Below, in pieces: positions 37,651-50,003 of a stretch of 64,000 nucleotides of DNA. The notes under the pieces are model-generated. The model saw only the letters and a list, made by a program, of their open reading frames with translations, was not told where the DNA came from and ran no database searches. Location: the NCBI GenBank assembly GCA_013239625.1, contig MU053934.1, forward strand, positions 651,285-715,284. The letters are read 5' to 3'. This DNA is from Lama guanicoe. Lineage: Eukaryota. The number at the start of each line of letters is the position of its first letter. Within the stretch, counting starts at the first letter, position 1. The translations under genes and the position numbers were made by a program.

Positions 37651-38001
37651 TTCAGAGATGTATTACAGATGTTGCTGGCCATGACTTACCTTCCTGCCTC
37701 ACCCTCGTGCATTAGGGAGGTGTCTTGGTGTGTGACATAGAGAGCTGCGCCTTTCCCACTTTCCTAGCACAAGAAACAAAACCTTTGGGAGAAGGACAAA
37801 GGAATAACAAAACACACGCTCGCGCTCTCTCTCTCTCTCTTTCCCTTTGCCCTCACCCTGTTTTTCTCCTTCCATTTTTTTTTCTTCGCTTTAAAGGGCA
37901 AAAAGGGCCAGAGTGAAAACTAGAGGAGGAATCTAGCACTTATTATGTACCTACTGTGTCCAGTTTTGTGCCTGGCACTCTCGAATGTATTATCTCTTTC
38001 A

Positions 38002-38215
38002 ATAGACTGGGATTTCAAAATTGTAGAACAGATAAGCAAGATTATACTGTATAGCACAGGGAAATATACACAAGATCTTATGGTAGCTCACAGAGAAAAA
38101 AATGTGACAATGAATATACACATGTTCATGTATAACTGAAAAATTGTGCTCTACACTGGAATTTGACACATTGTAAAATGATTATAAATCAATAAAAAAA
38201 GTTTAAAAAAAGAAA
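38002..38215 (+). mobile_element. young camelid-type L1 3' end (short, 5'-truncated)
   Basis: ATAGACTGGGATTTCAAAATTGTAGAA...GTATAGCACAGGGAAATATACACAAGATCTTATGGTAG...AATAAAAAAA; near-identical to the reverse of 59925-60140. Confidence 0.9.
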
Positions 38216-38987
38216 ATGAAAATTCAGCATTATGTATATAATCTAGCTACAAATATAAAAAAATTATGGCAGGGAAATAAAACTGGAAGGAAATATACCA
38301 ACCTTTTAAAAGCGACTGTGGATGGTGGGTCTAAGGCTTATTTTGATAGTGTTTTTCTAGCCTGGTGTTGTCTAATTTTGCTCAAATGCTTATGTTTCAC
38401 TTTTAGAGTAGAATATATAAAACACACTTCACTGAAATGGTGTCCCTTCTTTTTTCTTTTTATTAATGACTTGCATTGCAGAAAAGCTAATGTAAGTCAA
38501 AAAGGGAGTCTATAAGCAATATTCTTTGCTTTTTAGTTACTTCCATTTGAAACAATTTAATTAAAATGCTAGATATAAAATGTAAAAAAAAAAAAGAATG
38601 TGTTATCTCTTTCTATCAGTGCAGGAGACCCGCTGTCAGAGTCCCACATATTACGCATGTTGGGGATGGCTGGCCACGGAAGCAATTAAACAGCCCAGCT
38701 CTACACAGTAGCATGAGGATTTTAACTTCTGTTTTCTTCCAGTGCCTGAATGTTAAACACGTTACAGTTTTTGAAGAGTTTTTGCCGTTATGTTTCAGTG
38801 CTGTGAAAGAAGAGGTTGTGTATGTTGGCGGGAAGGTTAGGATTAAGTGGTATAAATCATATTCATCCTTTAAGAACATATGGGAGCTGGAGGTGTCAAA
38901 GATACTCCTCTCTTTCCCACTAGAGTGTGTAGATTGAGATTGAGCCACAAGACTCTTGCTGGAAAGGTCTTCAGAAATCACCTAGAC

Positions 38988-39202
38988 CAAGGGTTGACAA
39001 ACTATAGCTTGCAGGCTAAATCTAGCCCACCACCTGTTTTTGCAAAGGAAATTTTGTTGGAACACGGCCACTCTCATTTATGTACATATAGCTTTCATTG
39101 CTACAAAAGCAGAGTTGAGTAGTTTTGACAGAGACCATATGGTTACCAATGCCTGAAATATTTTACTGTTTGGCTTTTTACAGGAAAAGTTTACTGACCC
39201 TG
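38988..39202 (-). mobile_element. MER58A hAT-Charlie MITE
   Basis: CAAGGGTTGACAAACTATAG...GGAACACGGCCAC...GCAGAGTTGAGTAGTTTTGACAGAGACCATATGG...AAGTTTACTGACCCTG; CTAG-containing flanks. Confidence 0.88.
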
Positions 39203-39211
39203 ATCTAGTCC

Positions 39212-39445
39212 AGAAGCCTTTAAGCTATTTTGATCAGGTACTCCTCTATTAGTTAAAAAACCCACATCCTTTGTCCTACATATGTTTCTTTATAAAATAG
39301 TATTTGAATGTATTACTATTCTAATATGTTTTAAAATCATAAAACATTTATCCAAAATGGAAATTTAAAAGTGAGTTGAAAATAAAGATAAATCCTTGTA
39401 TTTTTTCTAGTTTCCCTAAGGGTCATTTTGACCCTTCTTTGGTCT
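39212..39445. mobile_element. MER112-like hAT-Charlie fragment
   Basis: TTTTGATCAGGTAC...GAAATTTAAAAGTGAGTTGAAAATAAAGATAAAT, similar to 37375-37650. Confidence 0.5.
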
Positions 39446-39664
39446 AGTGATTTGAAGGCTGGTCAAGATAATGATTTTCAAACTTAATGTCTACAGAGGA
39501 GCAATAAGGGTTCCAGAATAATGAAAGAATTGTGTCCAACAACATGATTGAAATGCAGAGACACTCCAAATTTCTCATATCTATCCCTCTGCTCTGCTGT
39601 GATTCTATGACATTATTTCATCCAAAAAGAGAATTTTGTGGCTAAAAATAGTTTAAAATGGGAT

Positions 39665-40860
39665 GAGATTCCTGTTCCTAGTCACGATGGAGTAACTGGC
39701 ACGAGACTTGCCTTCCACTGTAAACTGCTAGAAAATAGGATGAAGTATATGAAACTGTCTTTCATCATTGGATAGCAGGCAGTGTAGACTATGATTCCTG
39801 AGAGAAGTGAATCAAAAGTGTCATCCCTGCCACTGTCCTGGCTTGCTGATTGGAGGCACTGTCCTGACAGTGTTGCATGGTGGTCTTGCTGAGATGAAGA
39901 TGGGGGTACTGGAGTTCAGGAATGTTGGAGTGGCTAGCATTTAAGAGGCATAGAGTCAGAGAGAAGGAGGTGGGGGTGAAGAGAGAGAGGTACAAAGAGA
40001 GAACTCCAGAAATCTATGTAGGAATCCATCCAAGTCTTTTGTTAAGCACTAAGCCATGTGTGTAGGGTGAAACTCCACGAGGCTGGGCAAAGAGTGACTG
40101 GTGAGCTATAAGCTGAAGAATTCCTAGAGTTTACACAGGGATGGAGACATCTGAATTGTGGCCATCAGGGATGGAAAGGCCCTGGGAACACCCAGGGCAA
40201 TTTGTGGAGATCAAGAAGAGTCAAACCTTGGTAGCAAGGATAGAGTAGACCCAGGGGAAAGGCTGCTGTAGGTCTGCCCTGGCACAGCTTAAAAACAAGC
40301 CTATGAAGAATGAAGCCAAACTTGCAAGTAACATATCTGTCTGCCAGGAAACCCCCAGAATTTTTTAAGGGAAGACAGAAAACTAATCCAATAAAAATTT
40401 TTGCATGCAAAGAAACAAACACTTGACTAGGCAATCTGAACAGATCCAGGAATGACAGAGATGATGACATAATCAGCCAAAGACATGAAAAGAAAAAATA
40501 TTTTAAGTATGTGCATGGATTTAAAGAAAAATATGAACACAATAAAGAGAGTGAAATATTAGAAAGGAACCAAATGAAACCTTTGGGAATGAAAACTGCA
40601 ATGCCTAAAATGAAAAATTGACTGGGTGGGATAGGCAGATTAGGTGGTACAAACAATCAAATGAGGTTGAAGATGTAGCAATGGAAATGATCTAATCATT
40701 TAAACTGAATCAAAAGACATTAAAAAAAATGAATAGAGCTTTGGTGACGTGGGGATCTTGACATTGCGAGACAACATCAAGTGATATAACATGGATGTTA
40801 ATTGGAGTCCCAGGTAGACAGGAGCAGGGATAGAGAACATATCTGAAGAAATAATAACTG
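39665..40860 (+). mobile_element. old L1M 5' UTR / ORF1 remnant
   Basis: GATGGAGTAACTGG 5' end; ORF1-like AAGGAACCAAATGAAACC...AAATTGACTGGGTGGGAT...ATTGGAGTCCCAG...TGAAGAAATAATAACTG. Confidence 0.75.
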
Positions 40861-41035
40861 CCTCATGGAGCATACACTTTAGTGCAGGTAGGAGAAGAGA
40901 AATTAATTAACAAAACATGAGTAAATCATAGAATATGTCAAAAAGAAGATATGAATTGTGAAGAAAAGCAAAGCAAGGATGGGGATTGATAGGTGCTGAG
41001 ATTTGTTCCACGTGAAAGTGTATATATTAAAAAAA

Positions 41036-41601
41036 ATTCATCTGTTGATGGACATTTAGGTTACTTCCACATCTTGGCAACTGTGAATAGTGCTGCTGTG
41101 AACATTATGGGTAAATATAAATATATTTATGGAATACAACTCACCCATGAAAAAGATTGAAATAATGCTGCCATTTGCAGCAACATGGATAGACCTCAAG
41201 ATTACCATACTAAATGAAGTAAGTCAGAAAGACAAATATCATATGATATCATTTCTATGTGGAATCTAGACTATGATACAAAGAGAAGTTATTTACAAAA
41301 CAGAAAGAGACTCACAGACATAGAAAACAAACTCATGGTTTCCAAAGGGGAGGTGGGGGAGGAATAAATTAGGAGTTTGGGATTATCAGATACAAATTAC
41401 CATATATAAAATAGATAGATAAATAAAGTGCTTCTGTATAGCACAGGGAATGATACTCAATGTCCTGTAATAAACCATAATGGAAAAGAATGTGAAAAAG
41501 AATATGTATATAGATGTATAACTGAATCACTTTGCTGTATACCAGAAATTAACACAACATTGTGAATCGACTACACTTCAATTTTTTAAAAATGAAAAAA
41601 A
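41036..41601 (+). mobile_element. L1 3' end with 5' inversion
   Basis: 41036-41111 is reverse-oriented L1; about 41120-41601 is the forward L1 3' UTR ending GAATCGACTACACTTCA plus an A-rich tail. Confidence 0.85.
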
Positions 41602-43789
41602 GTCATTTCATGAAAGCTGTATGAAATTAAAAAAGAAATTACTCATGGAACGGAATGGGTAAGCGGATATTCTATAGACTGGAAGCCAGCTTAATATTTA
41701 GAAACTGATAACTGTGATCCTTCTCTTGAGGGAGACTCTTAAAGAGCAGGATTTGTGAGAGACCATGGACTTTAAGTACTTTCACAATTGCTCTTCATAA
41801 CAGCATCTCACAGATGCAAATGACCCTAAACACTTCAGGTTAATGATGTGGCAAGGCAAAAGGGTACCCACAGGAGGGTCATGGGGATCCAGGTGAGAGG
41901 ACATAAGGGTGATGCTCCCATGAGACTGTGTCTCATATGATGCCAGGAGGGAACCAGCCCACGTGACATGCATGGAAGGAGAGGAGGAAGGGTTCCTTAC
42001 TTTCACTGATGACCTGGAGCTGGACCTTGAGCTCACTGGAGACTGCTGCATGAAGACATCAGGTTGATGTGCTGCAGAGGACAGGAAGGCCATTGTGGCG
42101 CCCGGGCTCATGAACGCTGGTGGTGGGAGCAACACAGAAAGCACCGTCTCGGTCTTGAATAAGCACCCTTTCTACTCCCAGTAGCACATTTCAGGCACTA
42201 AAGCACTCTAAGGAAGGAAAAACTAAATGCAATTACTCATCAGATCGCCCGGGGTCCAGGTCACTGTGACTACAAAGGCATGAACCCCAACAACCCCCCT
42301 CTCTTATCCAGGTGGCTGTGTGGGTAGGTGGGCTCAGGGGCCCTGTTGAGGAATCAGTTCTCTGTCTGTCTCTCTTGTTGCCTGCCTGCTTGAGCATGTT
42401 CACCCTCAGGGTTAGAAGACAGTAGGATGCTCAGACCTCAGATCTGAGCCACACGCTCAGCATCTTATCTGAACCCCGCAGTGATGAATCAGCTTGTGGG
42501 AAGCTCTGGCTGAAGTGACAACTCGACAACCATTCTTAAGCGTCCCCTGTGTAAGCAGGCGCGGTGGTTGCCTGCTCAGGGTCTGAGCAATCCTGCGCGC
42601 ACCATCCTTTACTGCTAAGAAACATGAAGAGGTTGAGTGGAGACCTTCTACTTACCAAGAAGAGACTTCGTGGCTAGAATGGCATTTTGGAATCAGGCAG
42701 AAATGAATTCAATCCCATCTAGCCTATGAGTGACTTAACCTGAATCTCCTTTTCTGTTTAATGGGAACAATACGACTTATCTTGTCACAGGGTGGTTGTG
42801 ATGCAATTGAATGATTTTTCTGTACATAAAATCAGACACAAAGTGGAGCAGTGCACATCTATACCCTGCAAAGAACCATAAGAGTAATAATTACATTAGC
42901 ATTATTACTATTAACCAAAGAAGATACTCACGTCTCCTCGGGGTACCCCTGTTGCACAGAGATACGGTTTGGATGCACCATGACATAGCTCCTGATGACA
43001 CTAGCTTTACAGCAATGGAACCAAAGAGCAGTGGGGGTGGCACCAGATTTAGAATCACCACAAGTCTGAACTGAAGTGCCAACCAGCTCTGCCACAGACT
43101 AATTTTGTAACCCTGGGCAAGCAAGCTGTGTCTTAAAATTCCTACATGCAAATAAAAATGTTGAATATAATTATAAAAGCTCATAAGCAAGCACCCTTAT
43201 ACTACAACCCAGACCATCACCAATACCTGGGAAGACCCCTGCGAGTCCTCTTCCACCTCGTATTCCTCTCCCTCTGTTCTGTGCCCTCCCCACCCACCAG
43301 GACCGCCAGAATTTAAAACTTATCATTCCTTGAAAGCAAGCTTCTTAATTTCTCATACATTTGCTAAGAAGATGGAACAAATCTTGTATGTGGGCAGTGC
43401 AGTGCAAATGCTCATTATTACAATTACCTTGTTTTTAAATCTGTAATCATCAGGTTGCTACAGGCTGGAGATGAGATAACCACTCACTGCATTTTTGCAG
43501 CAAAATGCCCTGATTTCAACAGTCAGGTGCATTTTATTTTCTTGCTCTGTGCTCATTGTCAGAGTGGCAACTCCCATAAATTTCAACAAATCTGTTCTGG
43601 ATGAAGAAACCAGAAAAGTCAGATTTCTTAAAACTGTGAACTGGCTCTCGGTTCCCCCAAGGGTGTCCCGCCTTGGAGTAGAGAGCATGAACTTCACTGT
43701 TTGCCTTTAAAGGCATTTGCTCCCATGTTTCAGAGGAGTTTTGTTTATTCCTCACATTTGGGCCGTCTGCTGAGGAGTAGTGGTTCCCA

Positions 43790-44150
43790 GTGTTGAATCA
43801 TTCTTACATTTTCACTGCATTTGCTCATGCAGTTTATCTTTATTGTGTGCCAAATATCTACTAGTTGGAAACAGAGTTTTGAAGTATCGTTTTCCCCCCA
43901 AGAAGCTCCTGCTTTTGTGGGACAAGGAAGCCCATGGACACGCGTCCCTGTGCTATGAGAGTGGTGCCCAGATGCTCAGGGACAAGAGGAAGAGCAACAA
44001 GGCGAAGTGGTCAGGGGGTGCTTCCCAGAAGAAGTGACACTGGAGCGGGGTTCTGAAGGTGGAACAGGAGCTGGCTAGACGATGATGGCTGGGAATTGTA
44101 TCTGAGGCAGAGGAAATAGTGATAGAAAGGTGCATTCCTGAAAGAGGACT
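43790..44150 (-). mobile_element. L2 fragment
   Basis: GGTCAGGGGGTGCTTCCCAGAAGAAGTGACACTGGAGCGGGGTTCTGAAGG. Confidence 0.6.
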
Positions 44151-44399
44151 GGCGGGCACCTCCTGCAGCCTTCCTCACCTTGGCAAATGGTGCTTTTAAC
44201 CAGGGTGGTGGAGACCTGAGTGTCATCCTTGGCGTTGCCATTCGTTCATACTCTCATCAACCCACTGTATGTCCAACTACTCCAGCTTCTGAGCTGCTCT
44301 CACGTCTTCCTTCCGTATCTATGGCAACCATTCTTGCCTGGTAGTTCTCCGACCTGGGCTTCTGGAGTCACCTCCTCACTGTTCTGCTCAAGCCCACTT

Positions 44400-45000
44400 T
44401 TGCCCCCATCAGATCTGTTCTCCATCAGCCAGAGTGAACTTTCTGACACAGCAAATCTAAGTACCCTCCTGCTTAAACCCTCCAAGGGCTTCCTAGAATC
44501 CTCAGCATAAATTCCTAACATCTGTTCTCCGCCTTTGAGACCCAGCACCGTCAACCTCTGCCTTCCCCTCCACATCCCCCTCCTGCTTCTCTCCCCTTCA
44601 TCACTCACAGCAGCCCTGCTGGCCATTTTCTCTGGCTTCGTTCAAGATTTCCTCTTTGTCTTTGGTTTTCTGTCATACTGGTGGTTTTCAAGTCCTCGGA
44701 ACCTTCTAGCTCCTTCCTTTCTCAGGACCTTAGCACATGCTGTCTTCTCTGCTCCCACTTGCTGTCTCACCAATTCACAAATATCTTTCAGGCCTCGGCT
44801 TCATTGCAATTTCCTCAAAGAAGTCTTCTCTGATCCTCCAGTATTTAAAAAGTTCTTACTGCAACCAGTTTTTTCCCTTTAGAGAACCCACCATAGTTTG
44901 CAAATTAAGCATCTACATGATATTTATGTCTTTCACCACAGTCCAGGCTCCAAGAAGGCAAGGACTATGTTTCATGCACCACTCTCTACTCACAAGACTG
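44400..45000 (+). mobile_element. L2 fragment
   Basis: CAGCCAGAGTGAACTTTCT...CCCTCCTGCTTAAACCCTCCAAGGGCTTCC...CTCAGGACCTTAGCACATGCTGT. Confidence 0.75.
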
Positions 45001-45149
45001 TCTCTCCAGATTTTAGGGTGACAGTTTCTCCTACAACTTCACTTCTCTCGTAGGCCTAAAAAATGCATTGATTTTTTGGATTGGTGTAAGGATGGGAATG
45101 ATAATTTTCAAGCTGTTTACATGTCCAAGCTGAAACTGATAGCCCCATG

Positions 45150-45342
45150 TTAACTTGTTTTGAGAGCTCACCTGATTAGGTCAGGCCCACTCAGGATAAA
45201 TTTCCTTTTGCTTAATCTAATACTAGGAGATAAATTCCATTCTATTCATACATACAACCCACATTCAAGGGGAGGAGATTCTGCTAGGTGCTCACACCAG
45301 GATGTGGGAATCTTAGAGGCCATCTTAGAATTCTGCCTACTA
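45150..45342 (-). mobile_element. MaLR LTR fragment (MLT1E-like)
   Basis: GCTCACCTGATTAGGTCAGGCCCACTCAGGATAA...GAGGCCATCTTAGAATTCTGCCTAC. Confidence 0.75.
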
Positions 45343-46579
45343 TATCTTGCTAGATAGAGTAGGTGACACTTGAACTTAGTTCCAGAAAGAAGACAAGAGT
45401 AATGACCTGACCTAGAAGGTGGGAAGAGCAGGGAAGGCAGAAGGAACAGCATATGCAAAGAAGAGGGAGTGCTGAACAGATGCCATCAAATTATATGTCC
45501 AAACTCCTCAAACTGTCTACATGAAATATGTGCAGATTTTTGTGTATTAATTACACCTACATAAAGCTTAAGAAAAAGAAATCTGGATGCTGACTTCCTT
45601 TACTTTGGGATTGCATCTTGAAGTTTTGATTGGAGAAATTTCCTCAGGAGCTCACTTAGGGGACACAGATAGCTAGCCAGCAAGAATTAACAAAAAAGAA
45701 CTCTCTCCATCGATCAAGAAAATCTTGGATTATTGGTTTTGAATGTTGGGATGTCTAGGTTACTGAGACAGTGTTCCCAGTGAGCACTTGGATTTGGGGT
45801 GGTTGCATTGATAGATCTGTTGCTTCTAGAAATGTTACCACCTCGGCTTTAATGAACTAAAGATTCAGTGAACAAGGTCTTTTCATAGAAGTGTTGTGTC
45901 TCTTCAACTGAGTCTTGTTAAACAAACCTTTTCCTTATCTTTTTCCCCCAACAAACAAACAAAGTTAAAATAAAATACAACAACAACAGCAGTAACCCTA
46001 CCCTTCTTTTTTTAATCTGGGGAAGGAATTGGGGTAATTACAGATAGTTTCCTTTTTGTCATTTATATACATGTATCCTTTGTTTGGACTGTCATTTTAC
46101 TGGACATTTTTATCAAAGATGTTTACATTCCTGCAACACATTTGGAACAAATGAAGCAGCCGTTCTGTGGGGAAATGGCATTGACGGTTGCCATGGGAAC
46201 CGTGTGAAGTCACAGAAGGTAGATTATCTCATAATGCATTGCCCAGTGTCAGAAACAGGCAGCCTGTCTGGAGAACAAACTGCCAATTAACGGGCAACCA
46301 TTCAGGGCCAGAGAACAGGAACAGAATAGAAGGCCACCTCTGAAAGGTCATGTTCAGGCTAATTTATTGGTTACTTTGCTCTGCTCAAACCGATTATTCT
46401 GATCGCTTCCCACCCATCTAAATCTTTTTTAACCAGTTCAGACTTCTATAGGAGGAAACTCCAGAAAAACAGAATTGAATATTTTGGTGGAATGCTTAGG
46501 ATTAAAAAAAATCCTTTTGCTCAGTCAATGAGGTTTTAAAATTATGTATTTTATCTTTTTATTCGGAAAGTCTTTGAGC

Positions 46580-46850
46580 AGCCATAAGTGATTAAGGGAA
46601 TAGGTCCTAGCATCAAACTGCTTGGGTGTAAATTCTGGTTTTACCTCTTTGTCTTTCTGGCCTCGTACAAATTATTTTACTTCTCTAAGCCTCAGTTTCC
46701 TCATCTGTAAAATGGGAATAATAGTGTCTTCCTCTGCAATACAAATTTCCACCTCATGAGCTTGCTTTGAGGATTAAATGAAGTAATCCACTCAAAAAGG
46801 GTCAGCAGAATGCCTGCTCATATTAAGGGTTCAATATGTATTTAGCAGTG
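46580..46850 (+). mobile_element. MIR SINE
   Basis: CTCTAAGCCTCAGTTTCCTCATCTGTAAAATGGGAATAATAG. Confidence 0.88.
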
Positions 46851-48088
46851 TTTGTCTGAGGAAAGTTCCCAGACTTTTCTGGCAAAGACATCAGAAATTC
46901 AAATAAGCTCATTCTGTGAGGGGAAAAAAAAGTCTATGTTTATTGCAAATTCTAACTTAAACTCGCATCAAAATCACCTGTAAAGCCTTATCAAACCGTA
47001 GATTTTAGGACCCTACCCTAGACCTACTGCATCAGTATTTCCCGTTATGAGGCCCAGACATGGACATTTTAAATAACTTCCATAAGTGAGTCTGATTCAT
47101 TTTAGCAAGACTAATGATCATCACTCGTGCTCTTTGGAATGCATTTTTTCTAAATCACACTTTCTGAGTTTGATCAGTGCATGTGGGTGGGGTGGTGCTG
47201 CGGTCCTGAAAACATTTGCAAGAATCTCGGGGTTTGTAGGGTTGGGTCCAATGCCCTAATTAGTAATGAAATGAGAATTTCTTATCTGCATATAGTTCTC
47301 AAAACTACATAGGTAGTTTGCCAGGAATTTAAGCATCTTATTCAAAGGTCTTCCCATGAGAAACATGGATGGCTCTACTGGGAGTTTCTCTAGCTAGGGA
47401 CCTGGCCCTGACAGTAGGAAGCAACACTGAGAATACACATGTAGAAAAGGTATGAAAAGTACTTGTACTGTCAAAGAAGATGCATTCCAACGATGCTTTT
47501 TTTTCAGGAAGGAAGGGAGCTTAACTAAGACAAAGTGCTTAATAGGTTTTCAGGTTTGGGTGTTTCCTGCACCAAGACTCTGTGGTCTTACACACACAGG
47601 GAAGTTGGTTCATTAGAAACTTGCACAGATTTTGGAGACTGGCAGGAGTGGGTTTCAAATCTGCTTCTGCCATTTCCTTAGTTTTTCTTGAGTAAACATG
47701 TCCTGAGGGCCAGGGCCTGTGTGAGGTACAGGGAGATAGAAGAACGAGTAAAACGCTGCCCCCTCTTCGAGGAGTTTTCAGTCCACTTAAGAGCTGTGAC
47801 CTAGGGCAATATTTAATCCCATTGATTTAAAATGCAGGTAAAAATATCCACCCCTGAAGGGTATGGGGGTGGTTAAATGAACTGATGCAGAGAAAAAAAT
47901 TTTTAACCAGTGTCTCGAGATGCCCAGTGTGTTTGTTTCTTTGTCCATCTTTCATCCCTTGTTTCTTTGAGTGCTGTTTGGAGGTTAGGGCTGCTCAGAG
48001 GATGTGTTCTCCTGCCTGGTCCTCTAATCTGGTCAAAATGAAAGTCAAGAGCATTGAAGGGGAAATAATTCACCAAAATGTACCATGA

Positions 48089-48388
48089 TTTAGGGAGGGA
48101 ACCACTCTGTGTGATACTATAATGGTAGATACATGGCATTAAAAAATTTCCAAACCCATAGAATGTACGACGCTAAGAGTGAGCCCTACCGTGAACCCTC
48201 GGCTTTGGGTGGTGATGGTGTGTCAGTGCAGGTTCATTCACTGTAACAAATGTACCACTGTGGTGAATGATGCTGGTAGTGAGGGAGGCTGTGCATGTGT
48301 GGGGTCAAAGAGTACCTGGGAAATACACGAGCCTTCCTCTTAAGTTTGCTCTGAACTTAAAATTGCTCTAAAAAAGTTTATTAAAAAA
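48089..48388 (+). mobile_element. L1MC-type 3' end
   Basis: ACTCTGTGTGATACTATAATGGTAGATACATG...AAACCCATAGAATGTAC...GTAACAAATGTACCACT...AAAATTGCTCTAAAAAA. Confidence 0.85.
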
Positions 48389-48395
48389 TGCTCCA

Positions 48396-48518
48396 AGGGG
48401 GGAGGTATAGCTCAAGTGGTAGAGTTTCTGCTTAGCATGCGCAAAGTCCTGGGTTCAATCCCCAGTACCTTCACTAAAAATAAATAAACTTAATTATCTA
48501 CCCCCAAAATAAAATAAA
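48396..48518 (+). mobile_element. tRNA-Ala-derived SINE (camelid Vic-1-like)
   Basis: TATAGCTCAAGTGGTAGAG (A box)...CTTAGCATG...GGGTTCAATCCCC (B box); TAATTATCTACCCCC tail; 13-bp TSD AAAAAATGCTCCA at 48383-48395 and 48519-48531. Confidence 0.92.
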
Positions 48519-50003
48519 AAAAAATGCTCCATGAGGTTGGAGGAGTGCATTGGAGAATTTTTCTCGTCTGATTTGCTTTATCTGAGTATAAATCCATATA
48601 CTTGACAACTGTAAGTTTTACTGTAAAACTCCATTCATATATCACTTGTTTAGGACTTGAAACGGCTTTTCCATGAAGATGTTTTAAATGGTTTCAAGGA
48701 AATCCACAAAGGCATATTAAGTTCTCATGTAATTTCCACTAAATGAGAAGTTCCAGAGGTTCCCTTCCATGCGTGCTGAGTACTCAGGGGGATATTTAGC
48801 TGAGTCACGAAGCGAGGACTGAATAGTATGCATGGAAACCGTGTCTTAGCAGCCAGAGAGGTTATCAATAAACTGATTATCAAGATAAAAATGTGCTAAT
48901 AGTCTAGACATTGCCTGCATGTAAGCTTCAAACTTCTTGCTGTCTCTGTTTTAAAGCAGACCCTCCACTTCCCTCTCATTGCTCGGTCACCTACCAGCTG
49001 GTTGGATCCTGGAGAAGTAGAGGAGTTTTGGGGAGAGGCAACAGAGAGAAGAAGGGATGAAAAATATAAGAGGCGTGTGTGTGTGTGTATGTGTGTACTT
49101 GCATTATCAAACATTAAGGAAAGCGTTTTTTTTTAATTTTCATGTCCTCCATATAGAGATAGAAAATGTGGTGGGTGATGGATTTTGTCTTGCACCTCTT
49201 CCTTCTAATCCCACATGTGAAAGAGCAAATTTAAAGGTGGCTAGTTCCCTGTCTAGTGGAATCAGCAGGTTTTCAGCTGTCTGTGCATGCATGCATTTAG
49301 ACACTGAGCATATAATTCAGAGAAGACCAACGTCTCCACTCTAAAGCCTTAATTTATTTATTTGCACATGACATATTTAATTCCAAGGTGCTCCAGGCGT
49401 TTTTGCAAACATGAAATGAAGTGTTAATCCTCTCCATGTCTCTATACAGCAGAGACAAAAAGTCTTTTATTATAAAACATTATGAACTAAATCTGAAAAA
49501 TAGACTCAACAGGAATAGGAATAGTCAAGAGGGATGAGAAGAGAAGATGGAATATAAAAAAAAAAAAGAGATTTAGATGAAAAGAAAAATGTCTCCTGCA
49601 GTTCTCAGCCACGTAGGGAAACCTCTGTCAGATTTTCCCTGCAGCCGGGTCCCAAGCCAGCTGTCCAGCATTGCGTAAGATGATGCTGTGTGTTTGCTGC
49701 TAGATTTGCCATTTATTTGTTACCTTAGTAGCTGGATAACCTTGAGGAGGGTACCTCCCTGCTTGAAGACTGAATTTCCATTTCTGTAAAATGGGGATCA
49801 CGACAGTATTTACCTTATAGATTTATGGAGAAGGACACTTGCAATGTGTTATCTTTATAACCATCATCATCCACACCGTCGTCAACACCATCATCATCTT
49901 CATTATCATCAGCATCCTCTGTAGTCATTAAGCAGATCTCTCTCTCGGTCACTGCTGGTAAGGGATTATTTCGCCCCAGCCAAAGCTGTGTCTGGAAATT
50001 CAC

